This document shows positions 55,992 through 64,000 of a stretch of 64,000 nt of DNA, piece after piece. The notes under the pieces were generated by a model. The model searched no databases and was not told the DNA's origin. It worked only from the letters and a program-made list of their open reading frames with translations. The position numbers and the translations under genes were made by a program. Source of the DNA: a virus (taxonomy: Duplodnaviria > Caudoviricetes); the IMG/VR virus record IMGVR_UViG_3300031134_000004, positions 32,001 to 96,000 of that record; one strand, written 5' to 3'. The first letter of the stretch is position 1. Each line of letters starts with the position of its first letter.

Positions 55992-55999
55992 GAGCACGT

Positions 56000-56428
56000 A
56001 TGGAAAACATACCTTGGCTGGTAGGTTTTGTGGTGGCTGCTTTGATCTTGGCCAAAATCTTCAGCGTCTTTCCGTTTCGTCCTAAGCGTTCGAACTTGAC
56101 GTATCGTGAAGTCATGCAAGACGGTTCGGTTAGGGAGATTCCCAATCCACACCCGTACGGTAGCCGAGAAGCGTTCCACGAGCTTCAGCTACAGCGCAAT
56201 ATCGCCATGTATCGACAACAAACGGGGAAGGAACCAAGCGAAGAAGAGCGCTACATCGCGATGATGCATGCAACAGGTTACGTGCAAACAGGATTGACTT
56301 ACCGTGATTACTTACGGGACTTCGGGCCAGCTACTCATACGAGAAGAACCGCTATCGAGCGTGCGCAAAAGCGTAAGCTCAAACCACTGCAACCGACGCG
56401 TCCTCGTCGCTCTGTTGCTCGACCTTAA
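56000..56428 (+). CDS. Hypothetical protein with N-terminal TM helix
   Basis: TAGGAG RBS; WLVGFVVAALILAKIFSVF. Confidence 0.7.
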   Translation: MENIPWLVGFVVAALILAKIFSVFPFRPKRSNLTYREVMQDGSVREIPNPHPYGSREAFHELQLQRNIAMYRQQTGKEPSEEERYIAMMHATGYVQTGLTYRDYLRDFGPATHTRRTAIERAQKRKLKPLQPTRPRRSVARP

Positions 56429-56439
56429 AGGAGAACAGC

Positions 56440-56547
56440 ATGCGTAAGCGTTATCGTAGTTCGGAGGATGAGTGGCTTGCGGGCTTTATCATCACCGTCG
56501 TGTTCGGTGTCGTTTGCTGGCTCATCTATAAGTTCGTGATCCAATGA
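56440..56547 (+). CDS. 35-aa membrane microprotein, not in ORF track
   Basis: AAAGGAG RBS; MRKRYRSSEDEWLAGFIITVVFGVVCWLIYKFVIQ; ATGA overlap with the NADAR gene. Confidence 0.6.
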   Translation: MRKRYRSSEDEWLAGFIITVVFGVVCWLIYKFVIQ

Positions 56548-57050
56548 CAGTCGGTGTTGTAGACGACTTCTTCTTGTTCTTCGGTAAGGAAGATCTTTTC
56601 TCTCAATGGAATTGGCGGGGCATTACAGTTAAGGGAGTGTTCTTTAAGACGTGCGAACACTTCATGATGTATTGCAAGGCCAAGCTCTTTAAAGACGATG
56701 AGATTGCCGAAGAAATACTGATAGCATCCAGTCCTAGGGAAGCCAAACGTCTTGGTCGGCTCGTTAAAGGGTTCGACGAAGACGTTTGGGTACAACACCG
56801 CTTAAAGTACGTCACGGCAGCTTGCCTTGCCAAAGCACGCCAATACCCAGAAGTCATGGCGCTGCTTAAATCGACTGGCGCAAAGATCATTGTCGAGGCA
56901 AGTCCTTACGATGGTATTTGGGGTGTGAAACTGGGAGCGAATGATTCACGTATCTTAGACCCAGATGCGTGGCGGGGATTGAATTTGTTGGGTCAAGCGT
57001 GGATGATTGCAAGAACAACACTCTGGTTAGAAGAAAGGAAAGCTGCATGA
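56544..57050 (+). CDS. NADAR-family (YbiA/DUF1768) hydrolase
   Basis: FSQW, F.TCEHFMMYCKAKLFKD, SPREAKRLGR.VKGF, IVEASPYDGIWG, WRGLNLLG. Confidence 0.92.
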   Translation: MTVGVVDDFFLFFGKEDLFSQWNWRGITVKGVFFKTCEHFMMYCKAKLFKDDEIAEEILIASSPREAKRLGRLVKGFDEDVWVQHRLKYVTAACLAKARQYPEVMALLKSTGAKIIVEASPYDGIWGVKLGANDSRILDPDAWRGLNLLGQAWMIARTTLWLEERKAA

Positions 57051-57187
57051 TTGATAGAATTTTCAATGCGGTTACTAACATGACTGTAGATAATGCGATA
57101 GCCTTTATTCTTGGCATGGGGATTGGTTTCGTATTGATCTACGTTATTCCAGCATTGTGGAAACGTAGGGGGGAAGATGTGGTTTGA
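57047..57187 (+). CDS. 46-aa membrane microprotein
   Basis: ATGA overlap with the NADAR stop; AIAFILGMGIGFVLIYVIPALW. Confidence 0.6.
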   Translation: MIDRIFNAVTNMTVDNAIAFILGMGIGFVLIYVIPALWKRRGEDVV

Positions 57188-57635
57188 TAGTGCAGTGCAA
57201 GGAAAACCCATGCGTGCTTTCGGGTATCGCTGGGAAAGCTGGTGGTATCCGTACTTAACCAAACAGCTACTCGAAGATGGTGATAGTTGGATGGCGCGTG
57301 AGTTGTACGTGTGTGATGACACCACAAGCTGGGAGTCGCCACACATTCAAGGCATGCGTTTGTATCTCATCCACTTTGACATCAAGAACCCTTTGGTGAT
57401 CCTTAATTCTCGCAAGTGTTACGAGTGGGAGTTCGGACACAAAGAAGTCGATGCAGTGCGTGCAAAAGGATACGACGCTATTATCTACACGCCCCATGCA
57501 AAGGTAAAGCCGTCAACGAATCGGCAAACGTTATTGCTCTACCCTGCTCAGCAAGTGCTGGAGATTGAACTACTGCAAGGGGATCACCATTGTGGTTTGC
57601 CACCGGGTGTGGACGTTTGGTCGTGGGGCGACTGA
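57177..57635 (+). CDS. Possible ADP-ribosyltransferase-fold (ART-PolyVal-like) protein
   Basis: LYLIHFDIKNPLVI, RAKGYDAIIY and QTLLLYPAQQV match the recalled VYL.IKNPL / GYDGII / YVVF.P.QI pattern; overlaps the previous stop. Confidence 0.5.
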   Translation: MWFDSAVQGKPMRAFGYRWESWWYPYLTKQLLEDGDSWMARELYVCDDTTSWESPHIQGMRLYLIHFDIKNPLVILNSRKCYEWEFGHKEVDAVRAKGYDAIIYTPHAKVKPSTNRQTLLLYPAQQVLEIELLQGDHHCGLPPGVDVWSWGD

Positions 57636-57666
57636 TTGTCAAAAATAACTGACTAGGGGAAATAGC

Positions 57667-57960
57667 ATGAGTGAAACGAATGCAGTAGCAGTACCTGAAG
57701 TTGTCAAGCTTGAGCCGATTGACTTTAATGACTTGCCAGAACAATGTAAGCCCAGTTTAGCGAGATGGATCGTAACGCAAGAAAAATCCTACTATCCAGT
57801 GGTGATGTTTTTCCGTGAAGAAGTCGAAGCTTACCAGTGGGCGGGGTATTTGTCTTCACAGGTTAATCCGGAAGACAACCACGAACGGGTGCGTGCTATT
57901 ACTGTTGCAGAAATCAAACAACAAGTCGTCATGCCTGGATACGACATTGCCGATGAATAA
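57667..57960 (+). CDS. Hypothetical protein, 97 aa
   Basis: AGGGGA RBS. Confidence 0.65.
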   Translation: MSETNAVAVPEVVKLEPIDFNDLPEQCKPSLARWIVTQEKSYYPVVMFFREEVEAYQWAGYLSSQVNPEDNHERVRAITVAEIKQQVVMPGYDIADE

Positions 57961-57991
57961 GTAAGCCAACCAGAAAACAAGGAAGAAACAA

Positions 57992-59041
57992 ATGAGTGCA
58001 ACACAAAGCTACCACGATCTTATCAACCGTGTCCGCGCTATGGGTGACGTCATGCCCAACCGCACCGGTGTCGACACTATCAAGACCGTGGGTGAGATGT
58101 TTAAGATCGACCTACGCCAAGGCTTTCCTCTCTTGACCAGCAAGAAGATGGCAGGCAATGGTGCTGTGGCAATTAACGAGACCTTCGGGTTCTTCCGTGG
58201 TTACACGAGCGCTGCAGACTTTCGTCGTCTGGGCGTGAACGTCTGGAACAAGAATGCCAATTCCCATGGCGTCAAACCCAATGCCTGGCTCGACAACCCA
58301 TTCCGTGAAGGTGTGGACCATCTGGGTGCGGTGTACGGTGACCAGTGGCGTAACTGGCCTGGCTACAAGGTGATCAAAGCCTTGCCGAAGGATGCGTCGA
58401 AAGAAGAAGGCGAGCGCTACATGGTAACGGTCGCCATGCTGGAAAAACAAGGCTGGCAGTTTATCGGCACGACATTCGAAGACGAGCGGATCTATTACAA
58501 GTCGCTCGACCAACTCGGCGAATGCGTACGCAAGATCATCGAAACGCCAGAAGACCGCCGCATCATCTTCCACGCATGGAACGTTGCGATGCTCGACCAG
58601 ATGGCGCTGCCACCATGCCACCTGCTGTACCAGTTCTTCCCGAACACGACCCACAAGCGTTTGGACATGGTGATCTACGTGCGCAGCAACGACCTGTGCC
58701 TGGGTACGCCATTTAACATGGTCGGCGCCGCTACTGTGCTTGCTGCCATGGCGCGGGTGACTGGTTACGAAGCCGGTATCGTCTCGTACATGATCGGCGA
58801 TGCGCACGTCTACGCCAACCAACACGAATACCTCGACGAACAAATGTCGAAGGTGCCGTACAAACAACCGTCGTGGAAGTGGCGTGATGTGGTGCCTGGT
58901 GAAGAAACCTTTGGTCCATCCAATCCGAACTGGATCAAGGATGCGATTCGTGCGCTGACGGAATTCGAGGCGCAAGACATCATCATCGAAAACTACGAGT
59001 ACCACGAACTGGTCACGCCCGTTCCACCAATGGTTGTTTGA
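57992..59041 (+). CDS. thyA: Thymidylate synthase
   Basis: NRTGVDT, FPLLTSKK, RRIIFHAWN, MALPPCHLLYQF, RSNDLCLGTPFN, GDAHVYANQ. Confidence 0.97.
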   Translation: MSATQSYHDLINRVRAMGDVMPNRTGVDTIKTVGEMFKIDLRQGFPLLTSKKMAGNGAVAINETFGFFRGYTSAADFRRLGVNVWNKNANSHGVKPNAWLDNPFREGVDHLGAVYGDQWRNWPGYKVIKALPKDASKEEGERYMVTVAMLEKQGWQFIGTTFEDERIYYKSLDQLGECVRKIIETPEDRRIIFHAWNVAMLDQMALPPCHLLYQFFPNTTHKRLDMVIYVRSNDLCLGTPFNMVGAATVLAAMARVTGYEAGIVSYMIGDAHVYANQHEYLDEQMSKVPYKQPSWKWRDVVPGEETFGPSNPNWIKDAIRALTEFEAQDIIIENYEYHELVTPVPPMVV

Positions 59042-59058
59042 TAGCAAGGGGGAAAGAA

Positions 59059-59781
59059 ATGAAGTATTTGAAGTTGGATGAGATCGCCACGCATCAACAA
59101 GTCGGTATCATCAGTGAGCTTGCTGCTGACGATGTGAATGAACTCGATCAATTGCGTTCACTCATTATCAAGAACGTCCAGTTGCTGGACCATCCTGGTG
59201 TGCGGGTTCTCAATACGTTACTCAGTAGCGTGGTCGACCTTCAGCATGCCAAGTTCGACAAGGACTTGCCTGTCACGCAGGATTGGGTACACAGCCTGAC
59301 GCTCATGCAGCAGTCAGTGCTCTTGACCGCGATCCGTGGACCAGACGGCCGCGCTAAATACGAAGCGCCTAAGATGCTGGTTCGCTGGTATCGCCGGTGC
59401 GTTCTCATCTCCGCGTTCGACCGCGAGACGATCGACAATCCATGGGACGCGCGTGGTGGTAGCTTTACTGGCCCATCAATTCAAGTTGGGATGAACGAGC
59501 AGTACTCTTCGCTCAGTCGTCTCTTAAAGCCGGAAGTCGATGCGTACCTGAAACAACTCGACGCCGTCCCTGTGCACTTCCAGCGACACTTCATGCATGC
59601 GGCTGAAATCCTCGGCTACAAGCATCCGGTGCCAGAGATTCGTGCGTTCTGGCTCGACTTCTACGTGCAACTCGTTGAAGAGATCCACTTGACGCCGGAG
59701 ACGGAAGAAGAGATGGACAAGCGCCTGGGTGACAACCGGGAAGGTTGGCTCGAACGCAGCAGTGATGCTACCAGGAATTAA
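59059..59781 (+). CDS. Conserved phage hypothetical protein (QQSVLLTAIRGPDG family)
   Basis: AAGGGGG RBS; QDWV..L.LMQQSVLLTAIRGPDG, GGSFTG, HFMHAAEILGYKHP. Confidence 0.75.
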   Translation: MKYLKLDEIATHQQVGIISELAADDVNELDQLRSLIIKNVQLLDHPGVRVLNTLLSSVVDLQHAKFDKDLPVTQDWVHSLTLMQQSVLLTAIRGPDGRAKYEAPKMLVRWYRRCVLISAFDRETIDNPWDARGGSFTGPSIQVGMNEQYSSLSRLLKPEVDAYLKQLDAVPVHFQRHFMHAAEILGYKHPVPEIRAFWLDFYVQLVEEIHLTPETEEEMDKRLGDNREGWLERSSDATRN

Positions 59782-59783
59782 CG

Positions 59784-60116
59784 GTGGCTACTGTCAAGGA
59801 ACGCCTTCTTACCAAGGCGGAGCTAAGTCCAATGAGTAACGAAGCACTCTCGTCGACCCATCAAGCAGGTGACACGGTGTGGCTTTGGCACTCAAAGGAC
59901 AAGCATGTGGAAGGTCACGTACAAGGCGTGACGTTTAGCAACGGTTGGATCGTGTCTTACGATGTGGCCGTTGAAATCCAAGACTCAGGACTGTACGTTG
60001 TGACGTATGGTCTTCGAGGGGGGATTACGAAACCGGGTGGTGATTATCCGGGGGACGATGGCGGGTTGACAAAAACAAGCGACACGCCTTATACCAGCAA
60101 ACGACTGCATCACTAA
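59784..60116 (+). CDS. Hypothetical protein, 110 aa
   Basis: GTG start 2 nt after the previous stop. Confidence 0.6.
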   Translation: MATVKERLLTKAELSPMSNEALSSTHQAGDTVWLWHSKDKHVEGHVQGVTFSNGWIVSYDVAVEIQDSGLYVVTYGLRGGITKPGGDYPGDDGGLTKTSDTPYTSKRLHH

Positions 60117-60132
60117 CAAACAAGGGGAAACA

Positions 60133-60831
60133 ATGCAAACCAAGCCTTACCTCCAAAAGAAACTCATTCCGATCGTCTTGGTCGGTCTGGGTTCGAGCAA
60201 CGAGCAACTGAACGAAGCTGTCAAGCGGATGTTCGAAGAAGACCTCGTCGATATCTCGGAACTGAATACCTCGATGTCAGTGAACCTCACTGACAAGAAA
60301 ATCGAATACGCCAGCGCCGATGGCTTTACGATTCGCCTGAACGAAACCAAGGAAAAGCAGTTCCAGCGTATTTTCGAAGCCTGGGCGTTTGAAGCCATCA
60401 GCTGTAAAGAATTCACACCGGACATGGAAGTGCTGTTTGTCGAACCTGACGAACAAGGCGACATGGTCGATGCGTGGATCGTGCGTGTTGTCGGTCCAAC
60501 CTACTTCGACGGCAATGCTGCGCAAATGGTGCCGCCTACCGAAGCCATGGTCGAGAACAACTCGCATTATCGTCCAAGCGCCATCGCCATGAGCTTTGCC
60601 GGGCGCATCACGACGGGTTACCCAATCATGGAACGCGTCATGCCGGTCTACCAGCAGTACCGGAACAACCAGCAAGAAGCCAGCGAACCAGTGCCGATCA
60701 AACGCACCCCCCGCGCTAAAGGCCCGTCGGCCAAGGTCCGCGCTGGTCTCGAAGAAACGGCCAAGCTGGTCGACGCTGCAGCCGAAACCAAACCAAAGCG
60801 CAACCGCGCCGTTAAAGTTAAAGCTGCGTAA
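60133..60831 (+). CDS. Hypothetical protein with basic C-terminal tail
   Basis: AAACAAGGGG RBS; tail KRTPRAK...KPKRNRAVKVKAA; biased codons. Confidence 0.75.
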   Translation: MQTKPYLQKKLIPIVLVGLGSSNEQLNEAVKRMFEEDLVDISELNTSMSVNLTDKKIEYASADGFTIRLNETKEKQFQRIFEAWAFEAISCKEFTPDMEVLFVEPDEQGDMVDAWIVRVVGPTYFDGNAAQMVPPTEAMVENNSHYRPSAIAMSFAGRITTGYPIMERVMPVYQQYRNNQQEASEPVPIKRTPRAKGPSAKVRAGLEETAKLVDAAAETKPKRNRAVKVKAA

Positions 60832-60844
60832 CTTCGATTGAAGA

Positions 60845-60877
60845 CATGCGTGAGGGGTGACGCCCTCGCGCTCTATG
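60845..60877 (+). terminator. Hairpin followed by TATG
   Basis: catgcgtgaggg-gtgacg-ccctcgcg-ctctatg. Confidence 0.5.
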
Positions 60878-61432
60878 AATGGCTACCTAAGAAAAATGCC
60901 TGCACACAAAAAAGAAACTCGCAAACACGACCATCCTCAATACAAACGTTGGTTAAGTATGAACCAGCGCTGTAACAATCCGTCTATCCGGGGTTGTAAT
61001 GAGCGTCGTGCTCTTGGAGTGAAAGTCGACCCTGTTTGGGAACAAGACAATCCTGAAGGACTCAACAACTTCACAATGTGGGTTGAGGAGAAGTTGAAAG
61101 AAACACCCGAACTACGTTCTGTAGAGTATCGCATCATTCGGACTGACCTTAGCAAAAACTATGGTCCTAACAACTGTATTCTGGGAACACCCCAAGAGGC
61201 CACGCAGCATCGTGTCACAAGTGTATTGACGGAAGAACTCGTCATTGCCATGCGTCGACATAAGCGCGCTAATCCGGATACCAGTTTAGCCCAAATGGAG
61301 AAACTCTTTGGACAACATCAAGTCAATATTTCACGCTGTCTTCGCGGTATTACGTGGGACAGTGTCAACCATATCGAAGCACCCATCCCGAAACACGGGA
61401 GCATTAAAGAGGACAAACAAGATGAACACTAA
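60875..61432 (+). CDS. HNH-like endonuclease homologue with C-terminal HTH, probably degenerate
   Basis: YKRWLSMNQRCNNP...VKVDPVW...IIRTD...NYGPNNC..GT..E and LTEELVIAMRR...FG.HQVNISRCLRG.TW. Confidence 0.7.
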   Translation: MNGYLRKMPAHKKETRKHDHPQYKRWLSMNQRCNNPSIRGCNERRALGVKVDPVWEQDNPEGLNNFTMWVEEKLKETPELRSVEYRIIRTDLSKNYGPNNCILGTPQEATQHRVTSVLTEELVIAMRRHKRANPDTSLAQMEKLFGQHQVNISRCLRGITWDSVNHIEAPIPKHGSIKEDKQDEH

Positions 61433-62024
61433 ACAAATTCGCTCGAATGACGAAGTCGTGGCAATGGCCATGATCACCAAACGGCTCATTCACCGCAATG
61501 GTTGCAACTCCCACGAATACGTCGTGAGCGATCCTGCGGGCAATGAACTGTTCGTCATCGGCGTTGGTGGTGTGTTCGTCGGTAAAGAGATGTACGCAAC
61601 CGATGCGCCCATGCATCGCTTGATCGAACAGTCGGCAAAGGAGCAAGACCTTAACACTACTGCCGGCACTATCTCGTTCCTGTCCGAGCAAGCAGCCCTT
61701 AATAATCCGCCTCGCGCTGAAGAACTCACGCGCGATGAAGCAGAAATCCCAGGGTACGTTCGCATTCATTCGAAGAAGACGGACTGGTTCGTGGGCTTGT
61801 CAACGCAAAAGCTGATCCCTAACAAGTTCGCTGAAGTTGTCAAGTACCTGAACGAAAAAGCACCACAGCCTTACACCGAGCAGCAACTTGCGACCATCGC
61901 TATCCACGAAGATCGCCGGCGCCTGAGTGCCGGTTACACCATCACGCTTAACATTTCGGGTGATGGTCCAATGGAAGTGGCGTTCCTGTCCGGCCCGATC
62001 GAGGACTACCCAGTAACACCTTAA
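61422..62024 (+). CDS. Hypothetical protein
   Basis: GAGGA RBS before the ATG at 61422. Confidence 0.7.
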   Translation: MNTKQIRSNDEVVAMAMITKRLIHRNGCNSHEYVVSDPAGNELFVIGVGGVFVGKEMYATDAPMHRLIEQSAKEQDLNTTAGTISFLSEQAALNNPPRAEELTRDEAEIPGYVRIHSKKTDWFVGLSTQKLIPNKFAEVVKYLNEKAPQPYTEQQLATIAIHEDRRRLSAGYTITLNISGDGPMEVAFLSGPIEDYPVTP

Positions 62025-62111
62025 CCATTTATTACTGCAATCGTGCTTGTATGAATCTAGCCCATAGGTTCATACAGCCGATTGCCCTTTATGATCAAAC
62101 AAGGAAAATAA

Positions 62112-62579
62112 ATGAGTAGCGAGAACGAATCAAGCAATGGTCTGCGCGACTACGAGATGTACGATGGTCCTGACCGTGAGCACAATCTGGGCGTTATTCG
62201 TGATGTCAATGCAGCGATTAGCCCGCTGGTTATTCAGTCTGTAGAAAAGCACAACCTGGGTGGTTTCTTGACGCGTCACCATCCTAAGCAGCTAGACTAC
62301 GGTCAGCTCGTACACCGTGGCTGGCTCAAAGACGGCTCGCCCTTTAACATCTACGAACGGGGCTTTATTCTCGTACGACGCAAGAAGGGTGACGAACCGC
62401 AGGAAGTTGGCGAACACTTCACACGTCAAAATGTGCTCAATAGCGGCTCGTACTTTTGCGAGGCCGAACTGACACCATACCAGATCAAAGTTTTGACGGA
62501 ACGCATCCGTCACAATGACTACGCCAGTTACGATTTTACGCAACGCGATTTGCAATATCTGAAACTGATTCGAGAATAA
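62112..62579 (+). CDS. Hypothetical protein, 155 aa
   Basis: AAACAAGGA RBS. Confidence 0.72.
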   Translation: MSSENESSNGLRDYEMYDGPDREHNLGVIRDVNAAISPLVIQSVEKHNLGGFLTRHHPKQLDYGQLVHRGWLKDGSPFNIYERGFILVRRKKGDEPQEVGEHFTRQNVLNSGSYFCEAELTPYQIKVLTERIRHNDYASYDFTQRDLQYLKLIRE

Positions 62580-62591
62580 GGACAACGATTC

Positions 62592-63899
62592 ATGGGTGGT
62601 TTGTCTGTACAGTGTGAGACCCCAGGTTGTTCAGAAAGGTACGATGGCGGTAATGGCACCACAAAGCCAGGACCCTATCGTCCTCAGGGGTATCATTTTA
62701 GTGAGAAAGCACGTATTCTTAAAGACGTCGCCACACTAGGATGGATTCACTTGAAAGAAAAGAATATCGACTACTGCCCCCAATGCGCAAATACCATGTA
62801 TGAGAGAATGAGAACAGCTCTCATGAAAGAACAAAACAGATCCATCGAGGAAGATAACATGACCGAACAAGTTACCGCACACATTCTGAACGATTCGCCA
62901 ATGGGCGTCATCAAAATCGAAGCCCTGGGTGAAGGACCATTTGGTGGCCACAACCACTACCTCATCACAGGCTTTGACAAGACCAAGAACCCCCACTACA
63001 GCGACCGCGATGCAGACATGGCGCATCACCGCGCTCAGACTGACATCTACTTCCAGCATGGCAATCCTGTACCCGATGGTCCGAACGGCATTACGATCGA
63101 AGTACTGCTCGCCATCGCCGCCCATCGCCTGGAAGGCTTCCAGAAAGGCAAGTTCGCTAACGAGCACAACGTGGTTGCCCTGGACAAGATCTACGGCGCC
63201 CTCGACGCTCTCAAAACGCGGGAGCTGAGTTACCTCAAACCTGACTCGGCACCCGACACGTCCAAGACTACGCACTTCCCGAATAAGGAACTGCAGTACT
63301 CGGTCAACACCTTGCGTGAATTCATGCATCTGTTTTCCAAAGACACGCTCGACAAAATGGAGCTGTGCCATTTCTCGGAAGAGTTGGTCGATCAGATGGA
63401 AGCAGAAGTTGGCGCGATGGATGTTTCGGAAATCATCAAGACAGAACTCATGGCTGCCATCCAGCGCTGCGCTGGCAAGTCCCTGATTTCGATCACCAAT
63501 ACGTCCGAGCAAGAACTGCCTGAACGCGTTGTCATGACCGATCCCGAAGAACTGTGCGACACTGCTTACTGGAGCGAATATCCACATCGCCCCATCAAAG
63601 CGCACGATGCTACGATTGAAGTGACCATTGTGACCGACGCCCGGCAAAGCGGCACCGACGTACTGGCTGAACACATTCGACGCACGCTCATCGACGGTGG
63701 TTACAAGCGGGTTGCGCAGTACGCCCGTATCGAAGAAGACGGTTCAGTCGATCCACGTCCAACCCATGGTTCGGACGCAAAACGGCTGGTGGAACTGTAT
63801 GGTCAGGAAACTGCTGACAAGATCATCGACAATCTGAAGAACGTCAACATCAAGATCGTCACTGACATCGTCGCAAGCAAGCAACGCACCCGGCAATGA
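62592..63899 (+). CDS. Multidomain protein: Cys-rich N-terminus, Tad1-like domain, and unknown C-terminal region
   Basis: GEGPFGGHNHYLI...IYFQHG...NGITIEVLLAIAAHRLEGFQKGKFANEHNVVAL...AL..L..R matches the recalled Tad1 pattern; TAAGGA RBS. Confidence 0.75.
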   Translation: MGGLSVQCETPGCSERYDGGNGTTKPGPYRPQGYHFSEKARILKDVATLGWIHLKEKNIDYCPQCANTMYERMRTALMKEQNRSIEEDNMTEQVTAHILNDSPMGVIKIEALGEGPFGGHNHYLITGFDKTKNPHYSDRDADMAHHRAQTDIYFQHGNPVPDGPNGITIEVLLAIAAHRLEGFQKGKFANEHNVVALDKIYGALDALKTRELSYLKPDSAPDTSKTTHFPNKELQYSVNTLREFMHLFSKDTLDKMELCHFSEELVDQMEAEVGAMDVSEIIKTELMAAIQRCAGKSLISITNTSEQELPERVVMTDPEELCDTAYWSEYPHRPIKAHDATIEVTIVTDARQSGTDVLAEHIRRTLIDGGYKRVAQYARIEEDGSVDPRPTHGSDAKRLVELYGQETADKIIDNLKNVNIKIVTDIVASKQRTRQ

Positions 63900-64000
63900 A
63901 ACGCCACCAGCAGTTGCTCTTAATACTGCTGTACGGCGTCATGTCCTGCGCGATCGTATTGCCCGTCATGCGTTTTCTTGAAGCAACGCGTGTTTGGCAT
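63896..64000 (+). CDS. Start of a hydrophobic hypothetical protein (truncated by window end)
   Basis: ATGA overlap; MKRHQQLLLILLYGVMSCAIVLPVMRF... Confidence 0.5.
   Translation, partial: MKRHQQLLLILLYGVMSCAIVLPVMRFLEATRVWH

Noticed and set aside
57992-59041. ThyA homologue as a base-modification (dCMP hydroxymethylase) enzyme
   Set aside because: It keeps the dUMP-specifying Asn (PFN) and canonical PCH/RSND motifs; no modification cluster is nearby
6208-60877. Repeated hairpins as a CRISPR array, REP elements or MITEs
   Set aside because: They are dispersed singletons at gene ends with variable stems, with no regular spacers or target-site duplications
63610-63700. Degenerate P-loop-like IVTDARQSGTDVLAEHI in the Tad1 fusion C-terminus
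   Set aside because: It lacks the GK[ST] lysine; the resemblance may be coincidental
1-64000. Alternative genetic code or stop-codon reassignment
   Set aside because: Core genes are full length under the standard code, with tight start/stop coupling
1-64000. tRNA, rRNA or tmRNA genes
   Set aside because: No cloverleaf with T-loop GTTCRA plus D-loop and no rRNA signature was seen by eye; tRNAscan-SE would be definitive

Overview
This window is a 64-kb segment of a phiKZ-like, nucleus-forming jumbo phage (Chimalliviridae-type), identified by motif recognition and synteny with the phiKZ gp66-gp101 block. Bases ~1-13 kb hold the nuclear/non-virion transcription core: ChmC-like RNA-binding protein, nvRNAP specificity subunit, PicA-like importer, gp70-like protein, nvRNAP beta C-terminal and beta-prime middle subunits, and an SF2 helicase. 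Next come islands of early accessory genes, the vRNAP beta-prime C-terminal subunit, the exonuclease/palm half of a split PolB, and a long head, inner-body, baseplate and fibre block (~27.9-51.8 kb). An accessory region at ~52-64 kb carries a P-loop kinase, NADAR, ThyA, a degenerate HNH protein and a Tad1-like domain. No tRNA, rRNA, CRISPR array or intact mobile element was seen. The most unusual signals are: a 55-aa ORF missing from the ORF track that paraphrases the N-terminus of the downstream RNAP beta subunit; a Tad1-like immune-signal sponge embedded in a 435-aa fusion; a NADAR eraser co-translated with an ART-like protein, plus a separate DarG-like macrodomain; an RNAP alpha-CTD mimic; and a family of hairpins capped by GCGGCATAA/TTATGCCGC. 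No searches were run. phiKZ gp numbers and family consensus sequences are from memory and synteny and need confirmation.
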